A DNA stretch of 41,243 bases from Elainellaceae cyanobacterium (GTDB taxonomy: Bacteria > Cyanobacteriota > Cyanobacteriia > CAZCXK01): assembly GCA_051117555.1 (NCBI GenBank), contig JBNPEG010000082.1:1-41243 (forward strand), read 5' to 3'. A program made the translations under genes and the position numbers. Shown here in pieces: positions 19,501 through 26,886 of the stretch. The stretch's first letter is position 1, and every line of letters starts with the position of its first letter. Below the pieces are notes generated by a model. It was not told the DNA's origin. It saw only the letters and a list, made by a program, of their open reading frames with translations, and made no database searches.

Positions 19501-21600
19501 CACCGCTACCATGCCCCCACCCGACGGCAGCGCTTGCATAAGTCGTCCCCGTTCTGCAATCAGCGTCAGCCCATCCTCTAGGCTAAAGACTCCCGCCAAG
19601 CACGCCGCCACATATTCGCCAATGCTATGCCCCATGACTACCGAAGGCTGAACGCCCCACGATTGCCAGAGTTGCGCCAGGGCATACTCGATGGCGAAGA
19701 GAGCGGGTTGGGTGTAAGCGGTTTGATCAAGGGAGTGGGGGGTGATTGAGTGAGATGACGAGAAGAGAATATCCAGGAGAGGCCGTCCCAAGAGAGGGCG
19801 CAGAATCTGATTGCAGCGATCGAGGGTTTGCCGAACGACTGGCTGAGTCGCATACAGGTCGCGCCCCATATCGACGTACTGAGACCCTTGCCCGGTGAAC
19901 AGAAAAGCGAGAGACGGCGGAGTTTCAGTCACAATTCCGTGAGATACGCCGACGAGGGTCTGCCCCGATATGTCTCGCCCGGATATTTCTGGCCCAGATA
20001 TTTCTTGCCCAGAGGCGACCTGCCCAGATGCGATCGCCCGTAATTGCGCACCCATCTGCTCAACCGACGATGCCACACATGCCAGCCGATGATGAAAGCG
20101 CGATCGCCCCGTATTGGCCGTAAAACACACATCCGCTAAACGACCCTCCCATCCGGCCAAAAACGCCTCATACCGTCCCGCCAGCTCTCGCAACGCCGTT
20201 TCATTCTTTGCCGACAGCGTCAGCACCTCGTGCGATCGCCCGACTTTCTCTCCATCTTGCATCGGCAGGTCGTCAAAGGTTGATGGCTGATCGCCCGCCA
20301 CTGACTGCTGACTCATTCCCTCCAACACCACATGGGCATTCGTTCCCCCAAACCCAAACGAGTTCACTCCTGCCAATGCCGGAGCACCATTGGTAATCCA
20401 CGGCTCCAGCGTGGTCTGCACCCGCAAGCCCAGCGATGCGAAATCAATGTGAGGATTGGGCGTCTGAAAATGCAGGCTCGGCGGAATTTGCCGATGCTTC
20501 AATGCCAACGCAGCTTTAATGAGTCCCGCAACTCCAGCAGCCGTTTCAGAATGACCGATATTGGTTTTCACCGAACCAATTGCACAGTCGTCACCCGGTT
20601 GGCGATCGCCTGACAACACCGCTCCTAGCGCCTGTGCCTCAACCGGGTCGCCAATTTTCGTGCCGGTGCCGTGTGCTTCGACATACTGTACCTGTCCGGG
20701 CGAGATGCCTGCCCGCTGATATGCCTCGCGCAGCACCGCCGCTTGCGCATCGGGATTGGGAGCCGCCATGCCGTTGCTAAAGCCATCTTGATTTACGGCA
20801 GTGCCTCGAATCACGGCATAAATCGGATCACCCCCCTCAAGCGCATGGGATAACGGCTTCAGCACGACGATGCCTGCGCCCTCGCTGCGTACGTAGCCGT
20901 TTGCACTCGCATCGAAGCTCTTGCAGCGACCCTGGGCTGACATAAACCCGCCTTTTGAAAACCCAGTCGTGATCGTGGGCAGCAGCAGAATATTCACACC
21001 GCCCGCTAACGCCATGCTCGATTCGCCAGTCCACAAGCTTTGACATGCCAGGTGAACCGCAACCAGCGACGACGAACAGGCAGTATCAACCGCAAGACTC
21101 GGCCCCTTAAAGTCAAACAAGTACGACAGGCGATTGGCGGCAATGCAGTTGCCCGTTCCGGTCGTCGCGTAGGGATCATTGACGGGCTGCTGCCACAGCA
21201 TGATGGAATAGTCGTGGGTGCCAATTCCGATAAACACTCCGGTCTTGGAGCCTTTGAGTGTTTCAGGAATATGTCCGGCATCTTCTAGCGCCTCCCACGC
21301 CACTTCTAGCAAGAGCCGCTGTTGGGGGTCCATTGTGCTGACCTCTCGCGGCGCGATACCAAAAAATTGGGGATCAAACTGGTCAATCTGGTCAAGAAAG
21401 CCTCCCCAGCGGGTATTCGCTTTATCGGGAGTTGTCGGGTCAGGGTCGTAAACCGCATCGACATCCCATCGAGACGGAGGGACTTCGGTAATGGCATCAA
21501 CGCCGGTTTGAATCAACTGCCAAAAGGCATCTGGATTGTCTGCACCAGGATATCGACATCCAATTCCAACGATCGCAATGGGCTCTTGCGTATGCAACAT
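13540..21600 (-). CDS. Type I PKS, KS-AT-DH-ER-KR-ACP, fused to a C-terminal PLP-dependent alpha-oxoamine synthase (AONS/SPT-like) domain
   Basis: KS: DTACSSS, EAHGTGT, KTNIGH. AT: GHSIG, HAFHS. DH: HRILGQPVMP, LDACFQ. ER: LIHAAAGGVG. KR: GGLGAIG, HAAGVLED, YAAAN. ACP: GMDSL. Oxoamine synthase: NYLGL, SHNS, DEAHS, GTLSKS. Confidence 0.95.
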   Translation of the reverse strand: MLHTQEPIAIVGIGCRYPGADNPDAFWQLIQTGVDAITEVPPSRWDVDAVYDPDPTTPDKANTRWGGFLDQIDQFDPQFFGIAPREVSTMDPQQRLLLEVAWEALEDAGHIPETLKGSKTGVFIGIGTHDYSIMLWQQPVNDPYATTGTGNCIAANRLSYLFDFKGPSLAVDTACSSSLVAVHLACQSLWTGESSMALAGGVNILLLPTITTGFSKGGFMSAQGRCKSFDASANGYVRSEGAGIVVLKPLSHALEGGDPIYAVIRGTAVNQDGFSNGMAAPNPDAQAAVLREAYQRAGISPGQVQYVEAHGTGTKIGDPVEAQALGAVLSGDRQPGDDCAIGSVKTNIGHSETAAGVAGLIKAALALKHRQIPPSLHFQTPNPHIDFASLGLRVQTTLEPWITNGAPALAGVNSFGFGGTNAHVVLEGMSQQSVAGDQPSTFDDLPMQDGEKVGRSHEVLTLSAKNETALRELAGRYEAFLAGWEGRLADVCFTANTGRSRFHHRLACVASSVEQMGAQLRAIASGQVASGQEISGPEISGRDISGQTLVGVSHGIVTETPPSLAFLFTGQGSQYVDMGRDLYATQPVVRQTLDRCNQILRPLLGRPLLDILFSSSHSITPHSLDQTAYTQPALFAIEYALAQLWQSWGVQPSVVMGHSIGEYVAACLAGVFSLEDGLTLIAERGRLMQALPSGGGMVAVMASVEQVGEAIAPYGDEVAIAAVNSPQNIVISGTDEAIAHIMSTFETTGIKATRLNVSHAFHSSLMTPMLHDFAKAAQQVTYSAPRIPFVSTVTGRATDAIATPDYWCQHICQPVRFAAGMETLKQAGYRVFLEIGAKPILLGLGRQCWDQQFAANTRTNRAASAISQLATSPSAIWLPSLRPGASDWQTLLQSLGDLYVRGVPIDWQGVDALGDSPRQYVHLPTYPFQRQRYWWDGAIASNFVSPVSNTSTQCRHPLLGDRLRLAGTSEIRFQVTLEATSPAYLTDHRILGQPVMPGAAYVEMMMAAGGDVIGADVDILDVSIEQPLVFTAPTTVQIVLMPDENGGYAAQIFSILVEKDGNETVIRHARGTIAPSHSNPPHTPDLVQLQTALIATPIDVSHYYQTLRSQGLEYGTLFQGIRQLWCGDQEALSQIQLPDALVDSVRYISNFYHLHPVVLDACFQTLGAAIATDSTSGTYLPVGIETLRQVAPLGQSLWCHIHIRDEISTTPSSILKADVSVWNESGAIAAHLQGLTLRSISEPSLQQLLGVKSEIQWFYHLTWQSKPLDIASANCQTQTMWLLFADAQSIGADLSTALRHRGDRCVMVVPGDDFTALKQDVYAINPSCPDQFYQVLEQLAVETSNLNLSLNLNIVHLWGIDSHIENSSVSTTWEQVQQRGCGSVLYLIQAIAQSSMQSLISIRLWLITQNSQAVGVPMPLQIDHASLWGLARVIRLEYPKLYCTCIDVDRAVSTADLVNELCRSDDEDQIAYRQGDRYVARLLPHHQYLTQRVSIPKAESFRLSLSDYGVLDNLTWIPTTRRSPQPGEVEIQVRAAGINFRDVLNALGMLKDVLEDMGIAKASEVPFGGDCAGVVTAVGDGVDGLQVGDTVIAAQAVGSLGQHVTVDARFVVPKPNGLSFSEAATIPTTFLTAYYGLCHLANLKPGDRVLIHAAAGGVGQAAVLLAQSIGAEVFATASPGKWEVLRSMGVTHVMNSRTLDFAHEVLDITAGAGVDVVLNSLNGDFIPKSLSVLASQGRFVEIGKIGIWDACKIHQARPDVLYCPFDLLAVSQKAPHLVAAMLTDLIQQFQQGTLKPLTHTVFPVEDVPAAFRYMAQAKHVGKVVISLPAIAPAQPIRKDASYLITGGLGAIGLHIARWLVERGATQVVLAGRRPPSPDAVAAIRQLEQQGAHIRTAQADISKSADAAALISSFISTSDSPLPTHPLRGIIHAAGVLEDGVLQNQSWEAFRTVLAPKIAGAWNLHTLTQDDSLDFFVCFSSIAALLGSPGQGNYAAANAYMDALTHHRRSLGLPATTINWGPWAVGMAANLDERDSNRLAAQGLRAIAPDLGIQALDAALTQGFSQVGIFLVEWDAFFRHASLSPMLNALKPTVQTTPRQTRSDLRQQIETATPGDRLSLLEHHICQHLANVLGFSSPDLIDPYERFSDLGMDSLMAVELTNRLQTSLNYPIPQTLLFDHPTTNALAAHLTNAVSINDSASISTITSADPSAGSSANLSAPSGHLSINSSKSSASTLEHTSINGSDKLPASTPSIPANPDSNFTHPLFPPSTHPPIPPEYYQFTKTPEYLALRGDLNRVETLGNPFFDVHDGIARDISYIGGREVINYSTYNYLGLSGDPRVSRAAQEAIARYGTSVSASRVVSGERPIHRALEQEIAALLGTEDCIAYIGGHATNVTTIGHLFGKKDLILYDALSHNSIREGCNLSGATAIEFPHNDWRELDRLLRQHRHDYQKVLIAIEGIYSTDGDLAPLPEIVEVKRQHKAFLLVDEAHSIGVLGQRGRGIGEYFSISSSDVDLWMGTLSKSFASCGGYVAGCRELVEYLKYTAPGFVFSVGMSPANAGAALEALRILRAEPDRVAQLHQRAQFFLTLARVSGLDTGNSNHSPVIPIIVGEPYKAVRLSQVLFEHGINVQPMVYPSVPYNAARLRFFITSLHSKDQIQFTVDTLAQEIANIKHMPNPFEGDRP
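19960..20034. repeat. Five degenerate 15-bp tandem units inside the PKS KS-AT linker
   Basis: Encodes SGQVA-SGQEI-SGPEI-SGRDI-SGQTL. Confidence 0.8.
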
Positions 21601-21781
21601 TCTGACTTTGTGATGGTTAAACGAACAAAATTAAGGATGCGGTGTTAAACCAGGTTCAACGCGACATTTAGAGCATTTCTTACAAACGCACCTGTTTTGG
21701 ACGTAGACCTGGTTTAATGGGCTTCTACTACGTAAACCAGGAAATTTGGCGCTGTCAAGATATCTGGCAAAAATACTTTAC

Positions 21782-23029
21782 TCATTTCAACGGGGTTGAA
21801 ATTGCTACGATCTGCGATTGCCAAACTGCGAGCAGCCTATCAACGGCTCGCGTCCAACTCATTGAATCCACCCATTCTCGTCCTCGATGCCCCATCGTGC
21901 GGCGCAGATCCGGCTCATGAATGAGTCGGTGTAGCGTTTGAATAAAATCGTCAACATCCTTTGGCGTAAAGAGAAATCCGTTCCATCCCTCTTGCACCGT
22001 CTCCACCACACCCCCCGCCCGCGGGGCAATGACGGGAATTCCGGCAGCAAATGCTTCTAATAGAGTTAATCCGCGAGTTTCTTTTTCAGAGGCAGTGATA
22101 TGAATGTCGCTATTGATTAGCAGATCAGGCACTGCATCTGGAGGGACGCGTCCCAAACAGCGGGCGTGAATTCCTAACTGCCGGAAACGGGTTTCAATTT
22201 CGCTGCGGCGATCGCCCTCTCCAGCCACGATGATCGCCACCCGATCGAGATCAAATTCAGACCGAGTTGCCAGCGTTGACCAGGCGTCTAGGGTAAATGC
22301 CCAGCCTTTATCGGCGGTTAATCGTCCCAGAAAAATCAGCTTGACGCGCCGATCGACATCGGGGATGCCGTAGGTTTTCTCAAAAAATCGATCATCCCGC
22401 TTCTCGACATTGAACCGAGTTAGATCAACCCCCAAGAAGTCGTCACAAATCGCGTTGCGAATTCCCATATGGGTCACATTCTCAGAGGTCACTCGGCTTG
22501 AGACGAGCGTTGCATCATAGGCATTAAACACGCGGCTGATGATGCGTTTTGAACCCCACTGGGCAAGGGCGATCGCCACAGGAGGCAAATTAAAATAGTC
22601 CTCGATGTAGTCCACAAAATTGGTATGAAAGAACGCGACGCAGGGAATCTGATGCTGCTTTGCAAAATCGACTCCCGGTGCGTTAAACAGGCTCAGAGAG
22701 AGGCGATCGGGTTCATCCACATGAATGATATCGGGCTGAAATGCGTCTAGTTCTTGTAACACCAGCCGATACGACGCGCGAGTCGGGTTTCGCTCAAACT
22801 CCAGCCCCATAAACGGTTCGCTGGCGAGGCTCACCACACGCACTCCCGGCAAAATGGCGCCCACGTATTCATGCCAGTCGGGATAGATCGAGGCAATGGG
22901 GCGATAGTCTGGGCACAGCAGAAGCACCTGATGACCCTGTTGACTCAATACCTTCAGCCGATTTGACAGGGTCACGGTGACTCCATCGACGACGGGTAAA
23001 AAGCCAGACGAAATGATAGCAATTTTCAT
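21782..23029 (-). CDS. GT4 glycosyltransferase (SqdX/PimA-like GT-B fold)
   Basis: MKIAIISSGFLPVVDGV, FLGRLTADKG and ETRGLTLLEAFAAGIPV motifs. Confidence 0.9.
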   Translation of the reverse strand: MKIAIISSGFLPVVDGVTVTLSNRLKVLSQQGHQVLLLCPDYRPIASIYPDWHEYVGAILPGVRVVSLASEPFMGLEFERNPTRASYRLVLQELDAFQPDIIHVDEPDRLSLSLFNAPGVDFAKQHQIPCVAFFHTNFVDYIEDYFNLPPVAIALAQWGSKRIISRVFNAYDATLVSSRVTSENVTHMGIRNAICDDFLGVDLTRFNVEKRDDRFFEKTYGIPDVDRRVKLIFLGRLTADKGWAFTLDAWSTLATRSEFDLDRVAIIVAGEGDRRSEIETRFRQLGIHARCLGRVPPDAVPDLLINSDIHITASEKETRGLTLLEAFAAGIPVIAPRAGGVVETVQEGWNGFLFTPKDVDDFIQTLHRLIHEPDLRRTMGHRGREWVDSMSWTRAVDRLLAVWQSQIVAISTPLK

Positions 23030-23045
23030 TGAATACCGTGAGTCG

Positions 23046-24680
23046 TTATAAACAATTCTCCGCTACAGGCGTCACCGTCCACAGAGAGAGCGATCGCTCG
23101 GCGGCAATGAGTCGTTTTGGCTGGTAGATTTCATCTAAATCAAGCTGGTGGTTTGCACGAATAGTCTGAATCGCAGACGATGATGGATTAAACACAAATG
23201 TCGAGTCACACGCCCTAGGCAAGAGAGAACTGATTTCGGATGATAGCGCGATGCGCACCGAGGAATTGAACATATAGCTGAGAGAAATCAGATCCAGAGT
23301 TTGGTCTGCCTCAGCGATCACGAGCGGCGACTCCGCCCGATTCACGATCGCCGCGATCGCCCCATTGCTGAGATTTCGGCTCTTTTGATATTTTGGCGGC
23401 ATGGACCAGTGGGTCAAGCACGACCCGATGCTAAGCGAAACTAGGGCGATCGCCACGCACCTCCATGTCAGGGCTTGAGCGTTGCTGAGGCTAAAACGCA
23501 TTGAATGAGTTAATAGGTGGGAGATCGCCAGCAATATCCCCAATTGGAGGGGCATCAGATATCGCGCCGCAGTCGAGGTTTGCCCATTTGAAACCAGATC
23601 CAGCAAAAGTAAGGAGATGGGCAGCGTTCCGGCAAACGTCACCACAAATAGCCAGACTGACGTTGGCGACTTTAGCCGCAAGACGTAGACGGCGTATCCC
23701 ATCAGTGCCAGCAGCACTAGAGAAACCGTCACCTTCGCAAACGTCGCCAGGGATAGATCCAACGACACAGGCACATCAAAAAACAGCACCGCAAGGTTGT
23801 AAATCAAAATTCCGGCGATCGCCCCGAAATTCATCGGTTCTCGCATCCAGGTCGTGTTGGTTTGCAGTGTCATCCATTGCTGGGCAATGATCAGCAGCCA
23901 GGGCGAGACGGCAAGCAAAGCCAATCCGGTTGCCATCCAATAGTGACGCACTCGACTTGTGCGTTTAAGAGGTGAGGATTTGGAGCGTGTCATGACTACG
24001 ACATAGATTCCTTGCCCAAGAGCAACAAACACTGACAGCAGCGAAGTATAAAGGGTGAGAGCTAACGTTAGCGCATAGACTCCCCAACTCAATCTCATAT
24101 CCAGCCGCATGGCTCGCAGCAAGGCAACTCCAGAAAGCAGCAGCGTCACCGACCAGAGGCTATACGGTCGGGCTTCCTGAGCATACGCCACAAAGAAGGG
24201 CGACACTGACAGCAAGCCCACTGCCATCCAACCCACGACTGGCGCTTTGAATAGTTCAACCGTCAGCCAGTAGAAACAGGGCAGTGCCACCACGCTACAG
24301 ACGACCGACAGCGAGCGAATCGCCACGACCGAACTGCCAAACATCTGCACCCAGAGTCGAGCCAGGATGAAGTAGAGCGGCGCATGTTCAGGACTTTGCC
24401 TGAGAGCGTCAAACGTGTCTGCCCAATCTCGATCAGCATTCAACTGCTGATAGTGCTGCACGTCTTCTATGGAGAGCACGTCGCCCGTTGCAATCTGCTG
24501 AACGACCTGCTCCTGGGTGTACCCCGATATTCGAATCGACGTAGCGACTTCATCCACCCAGTAAAACGGGTTATCCAGATTGATGAGTCGAAACGCAAGT
24601 CCAAGGCTCAACAACACCAGGCTTAAAACCAACCCTGGATGTGTCCAGTAGGGCGATCGCCTAATATCGCTTTTCTCCAT
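23046..24680 (-). CDS. GT39/PMT_2-like membrane (GT-C) glycosyltransferase
   Basis: YWVDE, PEHAPLYF and YAQEARPYSLW motifs, many TM helices. Start moved to ATG 24680 because the longer ORF extension translates repeat DNA. Confidence 0.85.
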   Translation of the reverse strand: MEKSDIRRSPYWTHPGLVLSLVLLSLGLAFRLINLDNPFYWVDEVATSIRISGYTQEQVVQQIATGDVLSIEDVQHYQQLNADRDWADTFDALRQSPEHAPLYFILARLWVQMFGSSVVAIRSLSVVCSVVALPCFYWLTVELFKAPVVGWMAVGLLSVSPFFVAYAQEARPYSLWSVTLLLSGVALLRAMRLDMRLSWGVYALTLALTLYTSLLSVFVALGQGIYVVVMTRSKSSPLKRTSRVRHYWMATGLALLAVSPWLLIIAQQWMTLQTNTTWMREPMNFGAIAGILIYNLAVLFFDVPVSLDLSLATFAKVTVSLVLLALMGYAVYVLRLKSPTSVWLFVVTFAGTLPISLLLLDLVSNGQTSTAARYLMPLQLGILLAISHLLTHSMRFSLSNAQALTWRCVAIALVSLSIGSCLTHWSMPPKYQKSRNLSNGAIAAIVNRAESPLVIAEADQTLDLISLSYMFNSSVRIALSSEISSLLPRACDSTFVFNPSSSAIQTIRANHQLDLDEIYQPKRLIAAERSLSLWTVTPVAENCL

Positions 24681-24737
24681 TAATGTTTGAGAGTCTATTC
24701 CAAGCAGTTCGTCACTACTATGCCTTAAAACTGGATA

Positions 24738-24943
24738 ATACCGATTCTCGATTTTGGATTTGCGATTTTGGATTGACAGTGCTGTAGATACTGGCGTGGC
24801 ACAGCTAAAATTGCGCATTAGGTAGGGTGTCGTTAGCGCAGCGGACGCTGTTGGCGAAATATCGCATCGACTATCAGCGGATGCTATCTCAATTAGGCAT
24901 GTCAGACCAGTAGGGTGCGTTGCTGTCAAGCGACGCACCCTAC
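24738..24943. repeat. Heptamer-repeat element plus GTAG-type REP palindromes
   Basis: ATACCGATTCTC end with (GATTTTG)-like heptamers at 24738-24787; hairpin GTAGGGTGCGTTGC..GCGACGCACCCTAC at 24910-24943. Related copies at about 30893-30975 and 32281-32350. Confidence 0.7.
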
Positions 24944-24982
24944 GAGGACTTTTACGAAAACCTAAACGCTCTCGTGTCGAGT

Positions 24983-25273
24983 CTATTCCACTAATCGATC
25001 GCGCTGGAGATATCGCAAGATGTCTCCTTGGTCGCGCTGAATCGTGATGCCGCCGTCAGGAATGGCGATCGCCCGACTCCATTCAAACCGTTCCGCGTAG
25101 CCTAATACGTGTAAGGTATCGACTGCGTTTTGAGTATCCGCCTGAGAGCCCACGATGTAAAGCCGCAACCGCCTCCGCCTCGGCTGGGGATGACGATACG
25201 GAGGGCGATCGCCCAGCAACGGCAGGGTCGTCCCCTCAATCGAGGACGAGCAAACATATTGAATTTTCAACAT
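24983..25273 (-). CDS. Small hypothetical protein, cyanobacterial-type
   Basis: Clean ORF with a GAGGA RBS. LYIVGS....V..LHVLGYAE..EWS resembles a recurrent cyanobacterial small-protein family. Confidence 0.7.
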   Translation of the reverse strand: MLKIQYVCSSSIEGTTLPLLGDRPPYRHPQPRRRRLRLYIVGSQADTQNAVDTLHVLGYAERFEWSRAIAIPDGGITIQRDQGDILRYLQRDRLVE

Positions 25274-25492
25274 AAGGGATTCCTCTTGTAAGTAGGGTAG
25301 GAATCCCCGAAAAGAAGGCCACCCTCCAACATTAACGAGAGTAGAGCGGCCTAAAATAAGACAGCCCTACCACAGGTGTGTTCTGTGGGCGGGTTAGCTG
25401 CCGGTTGGTGGGCAAACACCTTCCGGTGGCGTGAAGACCGACTGTTCGGGGAAAGCAAGCTGCATCGGAAACAGCTATAGCGCTCAATCATA
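25274..25492 (-). promoter_or_regulatory. Putative structured 5' leader RNA with an SD-sequestering hairpin
   Basis: TATGAT -10-like box at 25492-25487, then five consecutive hairpins; the last stem (GGGATTCCT/AGGAATCCC) includes the RBS. Confidence 0.5.
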
Positions 25493-25594
25493 GTGCATTT
25501 GATCCCAGGTTTCAAGGGATACACGTCATAAGTTCGAGAAAAGAAGAAAAGCAAGTAGATTAAGAACAGGAAGATTTCATAGTCAAGGAGGAGA

Positions 25595-25864
25595 GTGATG
25601 ACAGAAGAATACGGCACTAATCCTAACCAACCTATTGAAAGCTTCACTGTCGCTGACCTGGAAGCACTTGTGACATCAATCGTAAAAAATCTATTGAAAA
25701 GCGATACATCCCTAGCTGTTTCAGGGGAGTGCTTGAACTTAGAACATCCACCTGCTGCTTTTCTAGAAACCTTTGGCACCTGGGAAGATGCACAATCTGC
25801 CGAAGCGTTGGTGGATGACATTTATACCAGTCGAACATCTACTGAGTATGAGTCTGGTTTATGA
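25595..25864 (+). CDS. Putative antitoxin
   Basis: Small acidic protein overlapping the PIN gene by 4 bp; FGTWED..SAEALVDDIYTSR tail is typical of PIN partners. Confidence 0.7.
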   Translation: MMTEEYGTNPNQPIESFTVADLEALVTSIVKNLLKSDTSLAVSGECLNLEHPPAAFLETFGTWEDAQSAEALVDDIYTSRTSTEYESGL

Positions 25865-26259
25865 GTTACCTCTTAGACACAGACATTTGCATTTACTGGT
25901 TGAAGGGCCGTGAGGCGGTTAGACAAAATATTTTGTCTCAATCCTGGAATACTCTGGCAATCTGTGTCATTACCGTTGCAGAGTTATATTATGGGGCTTA
26001 CAACTCTCAGAGAGTTGATACAAATCTGGCAAAAGCTGAGCAATTCATTGCAGGATTGCAGGTTTTATCACTAGAGATGGCTTCTCTGAAAGTTTATGGC
26101 AAACTCAAAAGTCAACTCCGTCAAGCAGGGCAACCTCTTGCTGACCTGGATCTATTGATTGCAAGTATTGCCTTGGCACACAATCGAGTTCTCGTAACCA
26201 ACAATCTACGGCATTACGAGCGTATACCTGATTTACAGTTACAGAACTGGGCTGTTTAG
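25861..26259 (+). CDS. vapC: VapC PIN-domain ribonuclease toxin
   Basis: YLLDTDICI, AELYYG, DLLIASIAL and LVTNNLRHY motifs. Confidence 0.92.
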   Translation: MSYLLDTDICIYWLKGREAVRQNILSQSWNTLAICVITVAELYYGAYNSQRVDTNLAKAEQFIAGLQVLSLEMASLKVYGKLKSQLRQAGQPLADLDLLIASIALAHNRVLVTNNLRHYERIPDLQLQNWAV

Positions 26260-26465
26260 CTGCGATCGCCCTTTAGGTCTTAATCCGTGCGATCGCCCGC
26301 TAATCATGTAAGGGCGATGCATTCGGTCAAGGAGTGCTGGAATCACCAAAACCTTGCCTGCCAAATACATCGCCCCCCACAGTCGCCCTGCATCCTGACT
26401 GTAGGAGAAAAAGCGAGTAGATTAGGAGATGCGGATTCGAAATCTCGATTAGGAGCGATCGCCCC

Positions 26466-26582
26466 ATGGCTGAGCAATTTGATGCCTTTCTGGCCCACAA
26501 CAGCGTAGACAAAGAGAGCGTTGAAATCATTGCTGAACAGCTTCACGTTAAGGGTTTCAAAAACACATTTACAGCCGTTTAA
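26466..26582 (+). pseudogene. TIR-domain N-terminal remnant (38 aa)
   Basis: MAEQFDAFLAHNSVDKESVEIIAEQLHVKG matches the TIR_2 box-1 pattern; the frame ends in repeat-like DNA. Confidence 0.7.
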
Positions 26583-26886
26583 CTTAATTTGAGCGATTGC
26601 TATTAATCGATATGAATGAACTCGCTTCAGAAAAAAGCATTGACTACACGCGCCTGCGTGACATGCCCAATAGCTGAAATGCCGACCTATACTCGCTACT
26701 GCGACATCGCCGCTCTAAGCTGCTGCTCAAGCTGCGTCAAATCAAGGCTCCATTTCTCTTCCAAGATGCGAATAGCTACTCCTCTATACCTGGTTGACTG
26801 ACAAAAGATCAGAGGCTGGCGGTTGACGAATTAATCCTAGAACCTGACGTTACGTGAGGTGCAAGGGCAATCTTCGATCTGATTGG

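Noticed and set aside
24681..24938. 86-aa N-terminal extension of GT39
   Set aside because: It is a translation of REP and heptamer repeats (IQNRKSKIEN).
25351..25821. 156-aa minus-strand ORF
   Set aside because: It is antisense to the antitoxin and runs over the structured leader, with no recognisable motif.
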